NCBI GenBank assembly: GCA_040954595.2
Contig: CM082595.2
Coordinates: 5,544,137-5,608,136 of the forward strand
Source: Balanoglossus misakiensis
Taxonomy: Eukaryota > Animalia > Hemichordata
Direction: 5' to 3'
DNA length: 64,000 nucleotides
The notes below the pieces were generated by a model, which had not been told where the DNA came from, did not search any database, and saw only the letters and a list, made by a program, of their open reading frames with translations. Made by a program: the position numbers and the translations under genes. Shown piece after piece: positions 38,501 through 58,070 of this stretch (positions within the stretch are counted from its first letter, which is position 1; every line of letters starts with the position of its first letter).

Positions 38501-41262
38501 AGTGCCACACTGGGACAGCAGATCCTGAACATCAAATACAAAGATGAGATACACAGAAAGAGGAGCATGTCGTCTATGCAGAAGATGCTGTACGGAGTTG
38601 TCTTCGTTGGCGGAAAATGGTTTCAGGAGAGATCGCTCGAGTTGGCCAGTCTGACGAGACACAAAGAAATCTTTTGCTGGGTGAGTTTGCAATTATTTGG
38701 GAAATCTTTTCGCAGGTTGACAACATTTTGTTGGTGTTGTAACCTATTCCTTCAAATGCTATTAGCAATATCATGAAAGTAAAAGCACAGGTATGTATAC
38801 TTCGAAATGAAGATGACCAGCTCTTTCCATTTGGAACACTGGAGGGCGCTATTGATTCAGATCGCTTGCACATAAGTCTGTATGTGAATTTGAGATGTGT
38901 TATAATTAAAGATAGGGACAGCATTCTCGAGGCTAGAAACAAATGGTTTATCTCGATAAATATTTTAACAGAAACAGAACTAACATACATGTAATAACGT
39001 TCAATATCAACAACAAATAGTACAAGAACTTGGATTTTGGTGACATATTATGACAATAAGAATACATACTTTGTAATATTTGATTTTTGGGGAAGACCCA
39101 TACGTGACAAAACTATGTGATCTTCCATTCAGGTGTGGAAGTTTGTTGACTACTCGGAAAAGTTTCTCAAAGTTGCTACTCTGGTCAATTTTCTGCTGTT
39201 TTTGCAAGATGGACGATACCAGCACATACTTGAGAGGGTTCTCGGTGTGAGGGCAAGATTTGCCACAAGACAATCTGTACGACAGGTAAGTCTGTTGACG
39301 AGTAGTTTGGCGTTCGCACAGGGACCATTGAAATGTTTCTGAAACGTCTCAGCTCAAATACTGGCATGATTAAAATATTACGTGTGAACAGTTGAAGTGG
39401 TCCTGAAATGTTTTAGATTTGAGACAGTTTGACAAGTCATACCATGTTCGCACTGGGTAATCCTAGAAACATTTCAGAGACACTGTTTGACTTTTGTAAA
39501 CACAGAGGATTAATCCTTTGAGTTGCTTTGGGTCCACACACACAAAGTTAAATTTGACCCGGGCGCTCGGCAACGTGGCAACCAAACGAAAATCTGTGAT
39601 TGGTTTAGATTTCACATGATACAAATATCTGAAGTAATATTACAAGACAATGCCGTGCCGCCTTTCAGAGTCATCTGCTGTCTTAGACTCTCTCACACCC
39701 CTTCTCGCCGTCCATGCAGGCTTATGGTCTGATTGCATTTGTGCAAGGTTCGCTACACAACACCATATGAGGCTTCTCCTTTGCTAAACGGTTGAGGGCG
39801 CGTCAGTGAAGAGCCTTGTAGCGAACCGTGGGCTGTGAGAGAGTCTAATGGACTGATAGACTCTCTCACAGCCCCTCTCGTCGTCCATGCAAGCAACAAT
39901 ATATGGGGCTTCTCCTTTGCTAAATGGTTGAGGGCGTGTCAGAGCCTTGTAGTGAACTGTGGGTTGTGAGAGAGTTTACTGCTGTCTTGGAAGGGATATT
40001 TTCTGATATTAATTCTGATATAAACGGTGTCTTGTATCAAACATAGTTAATGGAAAAAGGGCAGCGAGAGAGAGACTTTTTCCCTTCAACAAGTAATCCC
40101 TTTTTTTCTTTCCTGTGTTTAGGTCAGTTTTGAATACATGACCAGAGAACTTCTGTGGCACGGCTTTGCTGAGTTCCTCTTCTTTGTTCTTCCGCTCATC
40201 AACTTTCAAAAGATCAAGAACTTCCTGTCCAGACATTTGTCACGGTCCGCCCAATCCAAGGACGGTCTCACCGCTGCCAGGACGCCCGGTCACTACCAGG
40301 AATGCGTTGTGTGCGGAGATTGGCCCACCATGCCGCAGGAAATCGGGTGTCCTCACGTTTTCTGTTACTACTGCATACAGGTTAGGGGTTGTTTTTCTTA
40401 TGGATGACTTACTGTAAAACACTTTATTTTCACGAGTCAAATTTTTCGCGATATCGAGAGAAGCCACTGTTTCGCGTGTATTAATTTTCGCGTTCTCTTA
40501 TTTCATTCACTGCATCGTTATCTTAAAAAAAAATTATGCGACTTTTTATTTTCACGCTATTTTGGCTCTCGCGTATTTTGCGAAAATTTATTGCTCGCAA
40601 AAATAAAGTGTTTTTTTATTTACAGTATTCGTGGCCTTTCCTAGGAGAATTCAGTGATGTCACTCAGAGAACAGACCGTCGCATGAATAATCTGTCAGTT
40701 TCTGAAATGCGTGACTTTTTTGACATGAATAGAGTAAATAAACTGTGGTTACCAGAGAAGTAAGTGACACGGAAAATAATTTGACAAAAGTTGTGGCAGA
40801 AATGGAGGAATGCGTACATAAATGGAAATTGCAGTATGAAATCTTTATGTGCAGTACATAGACCACTTCGAGGATAGGGTATCTGCAATGCATGATGGTA
40901 TAATTTGCGTTCAACATAGCGTCTAGTACATGGCCAGCGCACGCGATCAGTACGCAAACTGTCCCACAACTCCCTGCGTTATTCTATCCGCAAAGTGGTC
41001 CATGGCAGAACTGATATCTGGTTTAGGTTTTTATTTGTTTGGTTTTTTCACTGTAAATATGTTTACTGAAGCAGAATCCATTGCTGTATTGTTGTTCTTT
41101 CCATGGTACCTAAACTGCACATAATTTAATTTTCTAAATTTTCTGCATTTTCTCCATTGACAGAGTAACTACCTGGCAGACGCCTCGTACACTTGCCCGC
41201 TGTGCAGTCAAGCCATTGGTGATGCTGATGATATACAGCCTGTGAAAGTCCAACTCAGGTAG
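22461..41262 (+). CDS. PEX2: Peroxisome biogenesis factor 2 (RING E3 ligase), 7 coding exons, about 298 aa
   Basis: join(22461-22508,23776-23853,24052-24114,38483-38680,39133-39285,40123-40380,41164-41262), all GT-AG and phase 0. Translation contains VLRVSQLDATELD, EPELNAALRLLIWRFSVY, ATLGQQILNIKY, NFLLFLQDGRY..LERVLG, VSFEYMTRELLWHGFAEFLFFVLPLIN and the C3HC4 RING CVVCGDWPTMPQEIGCPHVFCYYC...CPLC, all PEX2 hallmarks. Confidence 0.96.
26804..26980. mobile_element. pogo/Tc1-like MITE family D (diverged copy)
   Basis: TA-flanked, CAGTTAAACCTG...CAGGTTTGAATG, with internal CCTGTCTATA/GTGGCCAC repeats shared with 37293-37454 and 59232-59393. Confidence 0.7.
29561..29625. repeat. (TACA)n microsatellite
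   Basis: Direct reading. Confidence 0.95.
30220..30427. mobile_element. TA-flanked MITE family E
   Basis: TIR CTGTAAAACGGGTTATTTTCG / CGAAAATAACCCGTTTTACAG with TA TSD. Second copy at 40412-40625. Confidence 0.8.
30704..30873. mobile_element. Kolobok-like MITE family A (right TIR degraded)
   Basis: TTAA-AGGTATACGGTCACC start, near-identical interior to 35537-35721, ends CCT-TTAA. Confidence 0.75.
33054..33402. mobile_element. Kolobok-like MITE family C
   Basis: TIR AGGGACAAAGTCTCTCTCTC and TTAA on both sides. Partial copies at about 40020-40086 and 43145-43352. Confidence 0.8.
33936..35240 (-). CDS. Two acidic candidate coding exons nested antisense in PEX2 intron 3
   Basis: 35240-35187 MDNDVVDDVMEDTVYDSL|GTAGGC and TTGACAG|34022-33936 EKGQNGPGEDHKQPDEMEDSYDDTGYGTL|GTAAGT. 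Both are phase 0 with good splice sites and no stops. Parent gene uncertain, possibly CROCC. Confidence 0.5.
35537..35721. mobile_element. Kolobok-like MITE family A
   Basis: Perfect TIR AGGTATACGGTCACCT / AGGTGACCGTATACCT with TTAA on both sides. Confidence 0.82.
37293..37454. mobile_element. pogo/Tc1-like MITE family D
   Basis: TA|CAGTCAAACCT ... AGGTTCGACTG|TA, nearly identical to 59232-59393. Partial inverted copy at about 38379-38435. Confidence 0.8.
39684..39978. mobile_element. Tandem dimer of an Academ-like MITE (family F)
   Basis: Units 39684-39847 and 39857-39978 with TIR TAGACTCTCTCACA. A 9-bp TSD CTGCTGTCT flanks the whole dimer and a 9-bp spacer separates the units. Confidence 0.8.
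40412..40625. mobile_element. TA-flanked MITE family E
   Basis: TA|CTGTAAAACACTTTATTTT ... AAAATAAAGTGTTT...TTTACAG|TA, interior homologous to 30220-30427. Confidence 0.75.
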
Positions 41263-42792
41263 CAAGCAGGTAAATGGGCAAAATTTGACCAATCACGTTG
41301 TTTGTACTACATGTACCTGAAGCATCGACTGCCTCATCAGGATATTTCTGTGCTTCAGGAAGATCCAATCCAATAGGTCACATCACTCATGCAGAATGGC
41401 TCTGTGACAAAATTGACCAGTCAAACACCACGTTGTAAACTTCTGCAGGTCACACAGTCTAGCAGAAATGGGGTGATCACATGTGGACGCACGGTGAAAG
41501 ATGAGGAAGCAATCAGAAACAGTGTCCGTGTGTGATATGTGAATATATGTGGAAAATTTTGGTAACATTTACAATGCAACAGTTCTGTTGATCGGACTCT
41601 GAAAGTGATACGGAAGAGAGAATTCATTTCTTGTTTTATTTTGTTAATTTATCTTGTTTTGTTATGATTTGTTTTGATTTGTTTTGTTATTTTTTGTTTG
41701 GGTTCTTTGCAGTTTTAAAAGTCTGTGATACTAATTTGAATATGTAAATTTACAGAAATATGCTGCCATTAGTCCATTCTGTCACATGTTATGTTAATTC
41801 ATAATGACAAGGCCAACAACAGTCTTAAACATTGTTCTGCAATAAAAACCAAGCGGTTTATCCTAGAAATATTTCTTCAGTGAATAGTAACATGTAAAAT
41901 AAACAGATATATTACACTTGACACTTAATTTTTTTGTGTAAAGAAATTTATTAGACCGGTCGTGCAGTGTGCTGCTTGTCAATAATACATATCAGAAAGT
42001 TCCAGAAATAATTACATGAAAAATTACCTTGTCTTTTTTATCAAAATCATTCTTCATAAAAATCGTCTGTTTTGTTAGAAGCCAGTATACTGAGTGTAAA
42101 TGCAATTGAAGTAGAACAAAGCCAAAATTGTGCAATGTCATGTATTTATGAATAAACGTTTTCAAATGTTGCAAAAACTGGTGCTTTATTTCAGTTGTCT
42201 CTTGATAACAGCTCTGACCCTGGTAAAGAGAAAATAACAGAATTTTATTACTAAAAGTTTATTTTCTTAATCTTGCAGACTTGTACTAATTAATATAACC
42301 CAGTGGTTTTAGTCATTCACAAACTGCAAAGAACACTTTTCCGTCTTTTTTTTGCTTATAATATATGCAAACTCCTTCTTATTTGAATATTTTTTGACGT
42401 TCTACATTTTCCTGTTTATTATTTCAAGTAGGTGCAGTTGTATGATGCACTGCCAATAGTGGAACTGAAAAGTACATTTGAAATCTGGAAATCCTATGCA
42501 CAGCTGAATTCAAACAGCACACATGTTAATAGGATAACTGCATGCATATACTTTTTTCTGTGTTCAAGGCACTTTTTCATATGTGGGAGGTACAATGTTT
42601 CAAAAATGTAGCTTAGTCAATGCATTTCTTATGTTCACCTTGCTGCCTATGCATGCATATACTATACAATGTACTAGACAAGGGAGCAAAAGTCAAACAT
42701 TTTTGCTATCTTTCCGTTCTAATCTGCAAGGGTGTATGTATAACCACACACACCCCTCCCCCATGCATGCAGTGTACACATAGCTGCATCAC

Positions 42793-42806
42793 AACACACA
42801 GACATT

Positions 42807-42846
<40 letters not shown>

Positions 42847-42874
42847 ACATACATACATACACACACACACACAC
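42793..42874. repeat. (CA)n/(TACA)n microsatellite
   Basis: Direct reading. Confidence 0.9.
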
Positions 42875-42905
42875 ATTACCAGTTTGGAAAAATGCAGTCA
42901 CCTTG

Positions 42906-52192
<9,287 letters not shown>

Positions 52193-53176
52193 GTGGACGT
52201 CGCGAGATCCTGGATGGGTGTCGCTCGGTGTCGGGATGGCCTTGCGGCGGGGAGTCGGGGAAAAAGGTGACTTTAAGAAAACGATCAGAACTTCATCTCT
52301 GTAGAGTTCAGTGTATCGCAGAAGTGAGTCGACGCGCGGACGATATATGAGAGCGTTGGCTGAGAGAGCGCCGAGCCTGCCCCGTCTGGTCGGTGAAATT
52401 CCGGCCTCGTCTTGGGTTTCGGGCTCGAATTCCTCCCGTGCTGCAGAACTACACTCAGTTGGTCAGCAGCAATGGGCGTTGGACAAAAGGTAATTTGTAT
52501 GCGCCCTGAAGGTCCCGTGAAAACATCAATGACAAATAAAACCGCTGCCTTTTCCAAAGCGACCACCACTGGCAGCATTTAGCTCCGATCCCCGGGACCC
52601 TTTAGACAGCATTGTTTGCTTATAAATAGACCGTGGCAGGGTTTTTGTTTTATTGTCGGAATAAGTACCCGAGTCTTAATGCAGTTCTCAATAACTTTGC
52701 TCGATCACTTCTAACAAAATAGGTCATGCACGTCCAACGCCAATATTTAAAGAACTCCTTGTGAACATACAAAGTGGGTAAACTAAAAGGGTCGTTTTTT
52801 CGATTGGCCGATATCACAGGCGCAAACTGGAAAGAAGAAAGAAAGGGCAGTTGCTTGTTAGAGGGCGGTAATCATGATGCGTTTGATGACGGGGTCCGTT
52901 GCGCGTTGCTGTGGACAAAATTGAACTTGACAGCGTTTACTGCAAGTTTTGTGTTGAAGTTTACCATTTTATGACTTTCAAAGTATAATATAATTATGAT
53001 AGACGAGTCCAGTTCTAGCATAAAATAAAAAGCGTACTTGTTTATTGATTGGTGAAATGTATATTTCACAAAAGTAAGCAAAAACCATTATCCTGTGACT
53101 TGTACATCAGTACCATAATACAATTAGATCATTATAACTCTATAAATAATATGTAAATATAAATCTTGTAAACCTT

Positions 53177-53241
53177 TATGTATGTATGTATGTATGTATG
53201 TATGTATGTATGTATGTATGTATGTATGTATGTATGTATGT
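53177..53241. repeat. (TATG)n microsatellite
   Basis: Direct reading. Confidence 0.95.
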
Positions 53242-53307
53242 GTACACATTTATGTGTGTGCATGTATGACCACATTAATTTTTGTATGTGCATTACTGTA
53301 TGTTCTG

Positions 53308-55497
53308 TCATTTGCATGGAATACCATGAAGAAACTGGGATGGTATCTGTAACAACCCACAATCTGCCTTGCCATAGTGGCCCTTGTAAAAAGCCAGCTT
53401 ATGCCACTCCCCTGTGCGTGTATCATAGACTCTTACTCTGCTTCCAAAGACGTATATCTTGTCTTTGATGACAGCGGCATTGTGTACGCCTTCTTGCTTT
53501 CTTTCGAGTCCTTTCTCCGTGTCACTGTTAGATTGGCACCGCTTTGTAAGCAGGTCGAATGTGTAGTGGATATCGTAGAAATTTGTGACGTACATCTGGG
53601 ATGGTTTTAGACAAGGGTGGGGAAGTGAAAAGAAGGCGGCTGGGGACGGCTGCGGGGAGAAGTCTGGGAATGCTACAATGCTCCAGGTGTCGTTTTTCGT
53701 GTCGTACACGTCAATGGTTCCGGAAGACTTGAGATTGTTCATGGATAAGATGTAGATGGTGGTTTTCCACAGGTGGGTGAGAAACTCGCCACGCAAAGTG
53801 TCCAGTCGACTCGGAGGTGAGATGAACTCCCACGCCGACTTGTGGAGGTCATAGCACTGCGGTCTCTCGGCGAAGCACAGGAGACTGTACCGCCCTCCCA
53901 GAGCAAAGAGTTTCGCCTCACACGCAACGAGTCTGTGTTGGTAGAGACCTTTCCGCATGTCCGGTAGCCGGGTCCAGCAATTCAGCATGGGATCGTACCT
54001 GTAGAAAGTTTTGGTTATCTCTGTGGCGCTACCGAAGTGTTGGAGGTGTCCGTACTTCACCTGGAGTCCACCGCACAGATACAGATGATTGTCGTGGAAG
54101 GCCGCAGCGGTGTACACGTACTTCTGACTGGTTGGAATTCCAATGACCGACAGCCACCGGTTCTCGTCCACTATGTATGACATCATGGCAGATGATGTAG
54201 TGCTTCCTGTTGCACCAATAACTGTTATCAGCTCAGTAAGTCGCCCTCTCCTTGGATGATAACATTTACTAGCAACTTCACTCCCAACGTTCGGACAAAG
54301 GGGCACCGTCTGGAAAGCCTTGACCACAACTTTGAAACACTCGGCATCCTCCTGGACAAGTTTGCTGTGAAGCACCCGTTCTCTTTCCTCGTATGAAGCT
54401 ATCATGTGTAGCCGCACACAGCCAAGGAGTTCAACCAGGTGTTTTCTTCTCACGTTCTTGTCCTCGCCGATCCACCTCACAATCAAATCAAAGACACCTG
54501 CCTCAGTCTCAACCACCTGACCTTGTTGAACTACTTCCACCACTATGTGATCATCAGAGATCAGATCAATCAGTTCGAGCAGTGAAAGATGTAGCACCTC
54601 GTCTTCTTTGGCGATCTGTACAAAGTGTTGACACATGAATCTCCTGGCGCACTCGAACACGCTTTCTACTGAGTAGAGCTCTCCAAGTGACTTGTACCCG
54701 AGGCACGTTCTGCTGTCAATGGACCTACAGAGGAACTCCCCACATTTCTCTTTCATCTGTCCAATGTGAAAATAATCCGCTACCATCAAAATGTCCGCAA
54801 CATGCTCACCAGTAATTCTGACTGGGTCGTTGTATAAGTAATGTATCAAACATTCGGCTTGATGTAAACTTAGAAAAGGCAAAGTTACTTCAGCCTTTCC
54901 TTTCTCTTTCATCTCGCTGCAGAACATCGCCTCGAAGTAGGGACTGTAGGCTGCCAAGAGGCAGCGGTGGGCGGGGAATTTTTGCCCCTCCACCACCAAG
55001 TCTACGTCGCAAAACTGGCGGTTGGACCGCTGGTGGCACAGGGTCTGGAACACCTGGTTTCTGTGCAGGTCTTGCAGCGGCTCTGGCAAGCCTGGTACCC
55101 GCAGCAGCTGGGCGACCTCTTGCAGGTCCCGCACGTCGCTCTCGTCCTCGCCGATCTCGAAGGACCCGGTGTACATGAACTGAACGAGTTTTCCGAAAAC
55201 TGTCGGCGTCACCTTGGCATTGTCGCCGCTCCTGTCGATATCGAGCCACCTGACCGTGTCTTGCGCGGACGTAGACGTCTCCTGGCGAAGAGCAATTCTG
55301 GCTGAAATGCTTTCTGCAAATGCGGTGCTGTTGGCAGCTACAATGCAAGAGTGGACTGGAAACTCGTCCTCGTCGGCGAGTTTCAGTATAACATCACAGA
55401 GCTGACCCTGTTTTGACAGTTCGTACAGTGTATCTAATAAGCCTCCGATGAACGCCGAATCTGGTGCAATAACAAACTCACCACTGTGCGCCGCCAT
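53308..55497 (-). CDS. Kelch-like protein with two tandem BTB domains, BACK and Kelch repeats (intronless, 729 aa)
   Basis: BTB1 (GQLCDVILKLADEDEFPVHSCIVAANS), BTB2 (QFCDVDLVVEGQKFPAHRCLLAAYSPYFEAMF..EMKE), BACK (F..HF..I..EDEVLHLSL..LISDD..E..VFDLIVRWI..D...R), and Kelch motifs (LYLCGG..YRYDP..NCW..LPDM, LFALGG..CYDL..SAW, VYDTKNDTW, VYDTRTGEW). Confidence 0.93.
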   Translation of the reverse strand: MAAHSGEFVIAPDSAFIGGLLDTLYELSKQGQLCDVILKLADEDEFPVHSCIVAANSTAFAESISARIALRQETSTSAQDTVRWLDIDRSGDNAKVTPTVFGKLVQFMYTGSFEIGEDESDVRDLQEVAQLLRVPGLPEPLQDLHRNQVFQTLCHQRSNRQFCDVDLVVEGQKFPAHRCLLAAYSPYFEAMFCSEMKEKGKAEVTLPFLSLHQAECLIHYLYNDPVRITGEHVADILMVADYFHIGQMKEKCGEFLCRSIDSRTCLGYKSLGELYSVESVFECARRFMCQHFVQIAKEDEVLHLSLLELIDLISDDHIVVEVVQQGQVVETEAGVFDLIVRWIGEDKNVRRKHLVELLGCVRLHMIASYEERERVLHSKLVQEDAECFKVVVKAFQTVPLCPNVGSEVASKCYHPRRGRLTELITVIGATGSTTSSAMMSYIVDENRWLSVIGIPTSQKYVYTAAAFHDNHLYLCGGLQVKYGHLQHFGSATEITKTFYRYDPMLNCWTRLPDMRKGLYQHRLVACEAKLFALGGRYSLLCFAERPQCYDLHKSAWEFISPPSRLDTLRGEFLTHLWKTTIYILSMNNLKSSGTIDVYDTKNDTWSIVAFPDFSPQPSPAAFFSLPHPCLKPSQMYVTNFYDIHYTFDLLTKRCQSNSDTEKGLERKQEGVHNAAVIKDKIYVFGSRVRVYDTRTGEWHKLAFYKGHYGKADCGLLQIPSQFLHGIPCK

Positions 55498-56269
55498 GTT
55501 GAATTCTGTTTGTTCGGCATTTCATTACTTCAATACGGTGACTCACGTCCCCGGCTTGCGTCATCACAGAAAGCTTCGTCATAAGGCATTTCACCAGTGA
55601 AGAAATGCTAAGCTCGCATTAATTCTGATAAATTTAGAAATGACTCTGTTTGCCAATCTCGCCACTGTGCACTAGTCAGCGAAAATAGAACGAGCGCGCC
55701 TTGTAGCCATGACAACCACACGCCGTTTAGACGCTGCCAACTGCGCAGATGCGAGATGCCGTAGGCCAATGACCACGGTGTTGTGGTACGAACGAGAAAA
55801 TAACGAAAAGTTGAGGTTACAAATTAGAGAGTTACGAACACAATGCCAAAGGATGGTGCAATGAAAAGTTTTGCAGCACAATTCATCGGCAGTGTGCCAA
55901 TCGAACACGCCAAACATAGGCCTACAGTATTTTTTTTATTTCTTCACACTCAGGGAATTAAAACTTTTAAACAATCCTAAGTGATTTGAAAATTCTGTGC
56001 CAAAGTTAGTGGCATGCCAACACCACCTTCCTAATAAGTGATGGTGACTTTCAATAAGCTTATAATAAGACAAAAACAGGTCTTTAGTTTTGCAACGCGG
56101 AATGTAGTAATATTTTGACCATCTAGCAACCAGTCACACAAGTATAAAATACTCCTAAAATAAAACAAAACAGGCTAACATCGACAAGATGTAAATTATG
56201 AATCACACATTCTTTGGAACGAAATTATGTTTTTGTCGAAACTGACGCACAGTCAACGTCATTGTAGTT

Positions 56270-57343
56270 TTAATGATTCGCGCATGTAGGCCTATTCACG
56301 AACCTTCTGCACATATTTGCTAATTTTGTCATGCCCAGGTATTCTGCCGCTGTGTGTATATCCTCGGCGATGGCGTCATCCAAGAACACGACTCCATTGT
56401 AAATGTAGGTTAATACAACAATAGCCAGGTCGGCTGTCAAGAATGGCAGCTCGACCTCTCTTCTGCGACTCTCGGCCATTCCGTGCGTGAACATGGCCTT
56501 GAAGTAGCGACTGGTGGTTGCCAGGACGCTTCGGTGCGCGCTGAACCGTTTGCCGTCGACGAGGAGTGTGACGTCACGGCTGGTGTTGGACTTCAACTCC
56601 CGGCGGAGGTTGATCACAAACGGGTATGCTAGGGGGTTCCCCGAATCGCACTCTGTGGTGTCGGTCGGACACGGGAACTCGAGATGCTTCGCGGCTTCTT
56701 CAATTGTCCCCCAGTTGGTGACGGTGGTGTCGATTTGACCCGTGTAAACATATTTTAGAAGCTGGCTCACGACTTTAAAGTCAAGGTTCGCCGCTATCAT
56801 CTCAGCGTCCAAGTCAACTTCTGTCACCGCACCGGCTGCGCCGCAAAGGCGTCGCTCGAAGAAGGCGCTGTGGAAGCGAAGAACGAATCCGTGGGCCTTC
56901 AGCTCTCTCCCCGACACCGTGATCACAACGTCGCAGAGTTCCCCCGTCTCGGTCTGTCGGAAAAGAGAGTGCATTACTTTCTCGGGATGGGTCGAATCCT
57001 GCAGCAGTTTCATCGTGCCAAAAAACTGACCAATCCCATCTTGCGGCGCCTTCACTCGGCGATTCTTGGTCTTCACGTTGAACTGCATGGCAAGCCCCCC
57101 TCTCGTCGTCACAACCTCGCCTTCCACAAAATCCCGCATCCCGTGCATCTTCCCACTTTTTCGTCGATCGCAACTCAAATTCTGGAAGTTTAAAGCCTCT
57201 TTTTGGCTCAAGCCGACGGACTTTGCAGAGTGATGGGAATACTGCAGTCCGTTTGCAGACTGAAATAACTGTCTGAGTTGGAAACGGTCATTGGTTAATG
57301 ATGACCACGGTGACGTCACAACCAAGACCGTGTGATGACTCAT
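56270..57343 (-). CDS. Tandem BTB-BTB protein without BACK/Kelch (intronless; true start may be the ATG at 57148 or later)
   Basis: BTB1 (GELCDVVITVSGRELKAHGFVLRFHSAFF...LLKYVYTGQI) and BTB2 (SRDVTLLVDGKRFSAHRSVLATTSRYFKAMFTHGMAESRRREVEL...YIYNG...AAEYLGMTKLANMCRRF), followed by a stop. Confidence 0.85.
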   Translation of the reverse strand: MSHHTVLVVTSPWSSLTNDRFQLRQLFQSANGLQYSHHSAKSVGLSQKEALNFQNLSCDRRKSGKMHGMRDFVEGEVVTTRGGLAMQFNVKTKNRRVKAPQDGIGQFFGTMKLLQDSTHPEKVMHSLFRQTETGELCDVVITVSGRELKAHGFVLRFHSAFFERRLCGAAGAVTEVDLDAEMIAANLDFKVVSQLLKYVYTGQIDTTVTNWGTIEEAAKHLEFPCPTDTTECDSGNPLAYPFVINLRRELKSNTSRDVTLLVDGKRFSAHRSVLATTSRYFKAMFTHGMAESRRREVELPFLTADLAIVVLTYIYNGVVFLDDAIAEDIHTAAEYLGMTKLANMCRRFVNRPTCANH

Positions 57344-57392
57344 GTCATGAAGTAATTGCAGCTCTGGGGTATGACGTCATGAGATTACGTCA
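57311..57392. promoter_or_regulatory. CRE/AP-1 motif cluster upstream of the BTB-BTB gene
   Basis: TGACGTCA at 57311-57318 and 57372-57379, TTACGTCA at 57385-57392 and TGACTCA at 57336-57342, all within about 80 bp. Confidence 0.5.
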
Positions 57393-58070
57393 CACCCTTA
57401 AACTGTAGCCGGCGTTATTACTCACTTGGTTCAATGCATACAGCCCGTATGATAGGGGGTCCTTGGGAGGAGGGGGTGAGGATAGCAAGTTACCCGAGGC
57501 GAATTAATCAAGACTTTTAGGGGGTCCCGGGGGAGGAGGGTTGGCGATAGCAACCCAAGGCGAATTTATCAAGACCATTGTCCATGCGTGATAACTCTCA
57601 TACCCGAAACCAATCATTTACATGTTTTATCTCATACACCTGTTTGACCATATACATGTACAATGATCGAACCGAAGAACATTGTCTGAAGGATTATAAT
57701 TTTTTTCTGGCTGGGGCTGCTGAAACCGTTGTCAATCACACACGTCATGTCTTCCTCGATTTTTTCTTGAGAGTATAGAATTTTTAATTGAAGTTACGTT
57801 TCTGATTTCGCGGCACAATTGAACTGGCCGTCAGTTAAACTAAAATCAATCTTGATCAATGCAAACCTTTATTATGTAAGATGATATTGCAGACACAAAA
57901 TATGCGACCGTAACACTTTAATATTGCACCATCCTAAATTACAACTCAAGTCAAGTCAAAGCAAAGCAAATTAACACCTCAGGCGCTGGCACCTTCCCTC
58001 CCCGTGAATATCGAAATATGTCGTTTGCCGTACTGGTTGGTATTTCCCGAAAGTTCCACGGATATCCGGA

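Noticed and set aside
54393-55405. Several overlapping ORFs within the Kelch gene
   Set aside because: Alternative-frame or antisense shadows of a GC-rich CDS.
57450-57575. Imperfect ~60-bp direct duplication with G-runs
   Set aside because: Only two degenerate copies, and no further structure or function can be supported.
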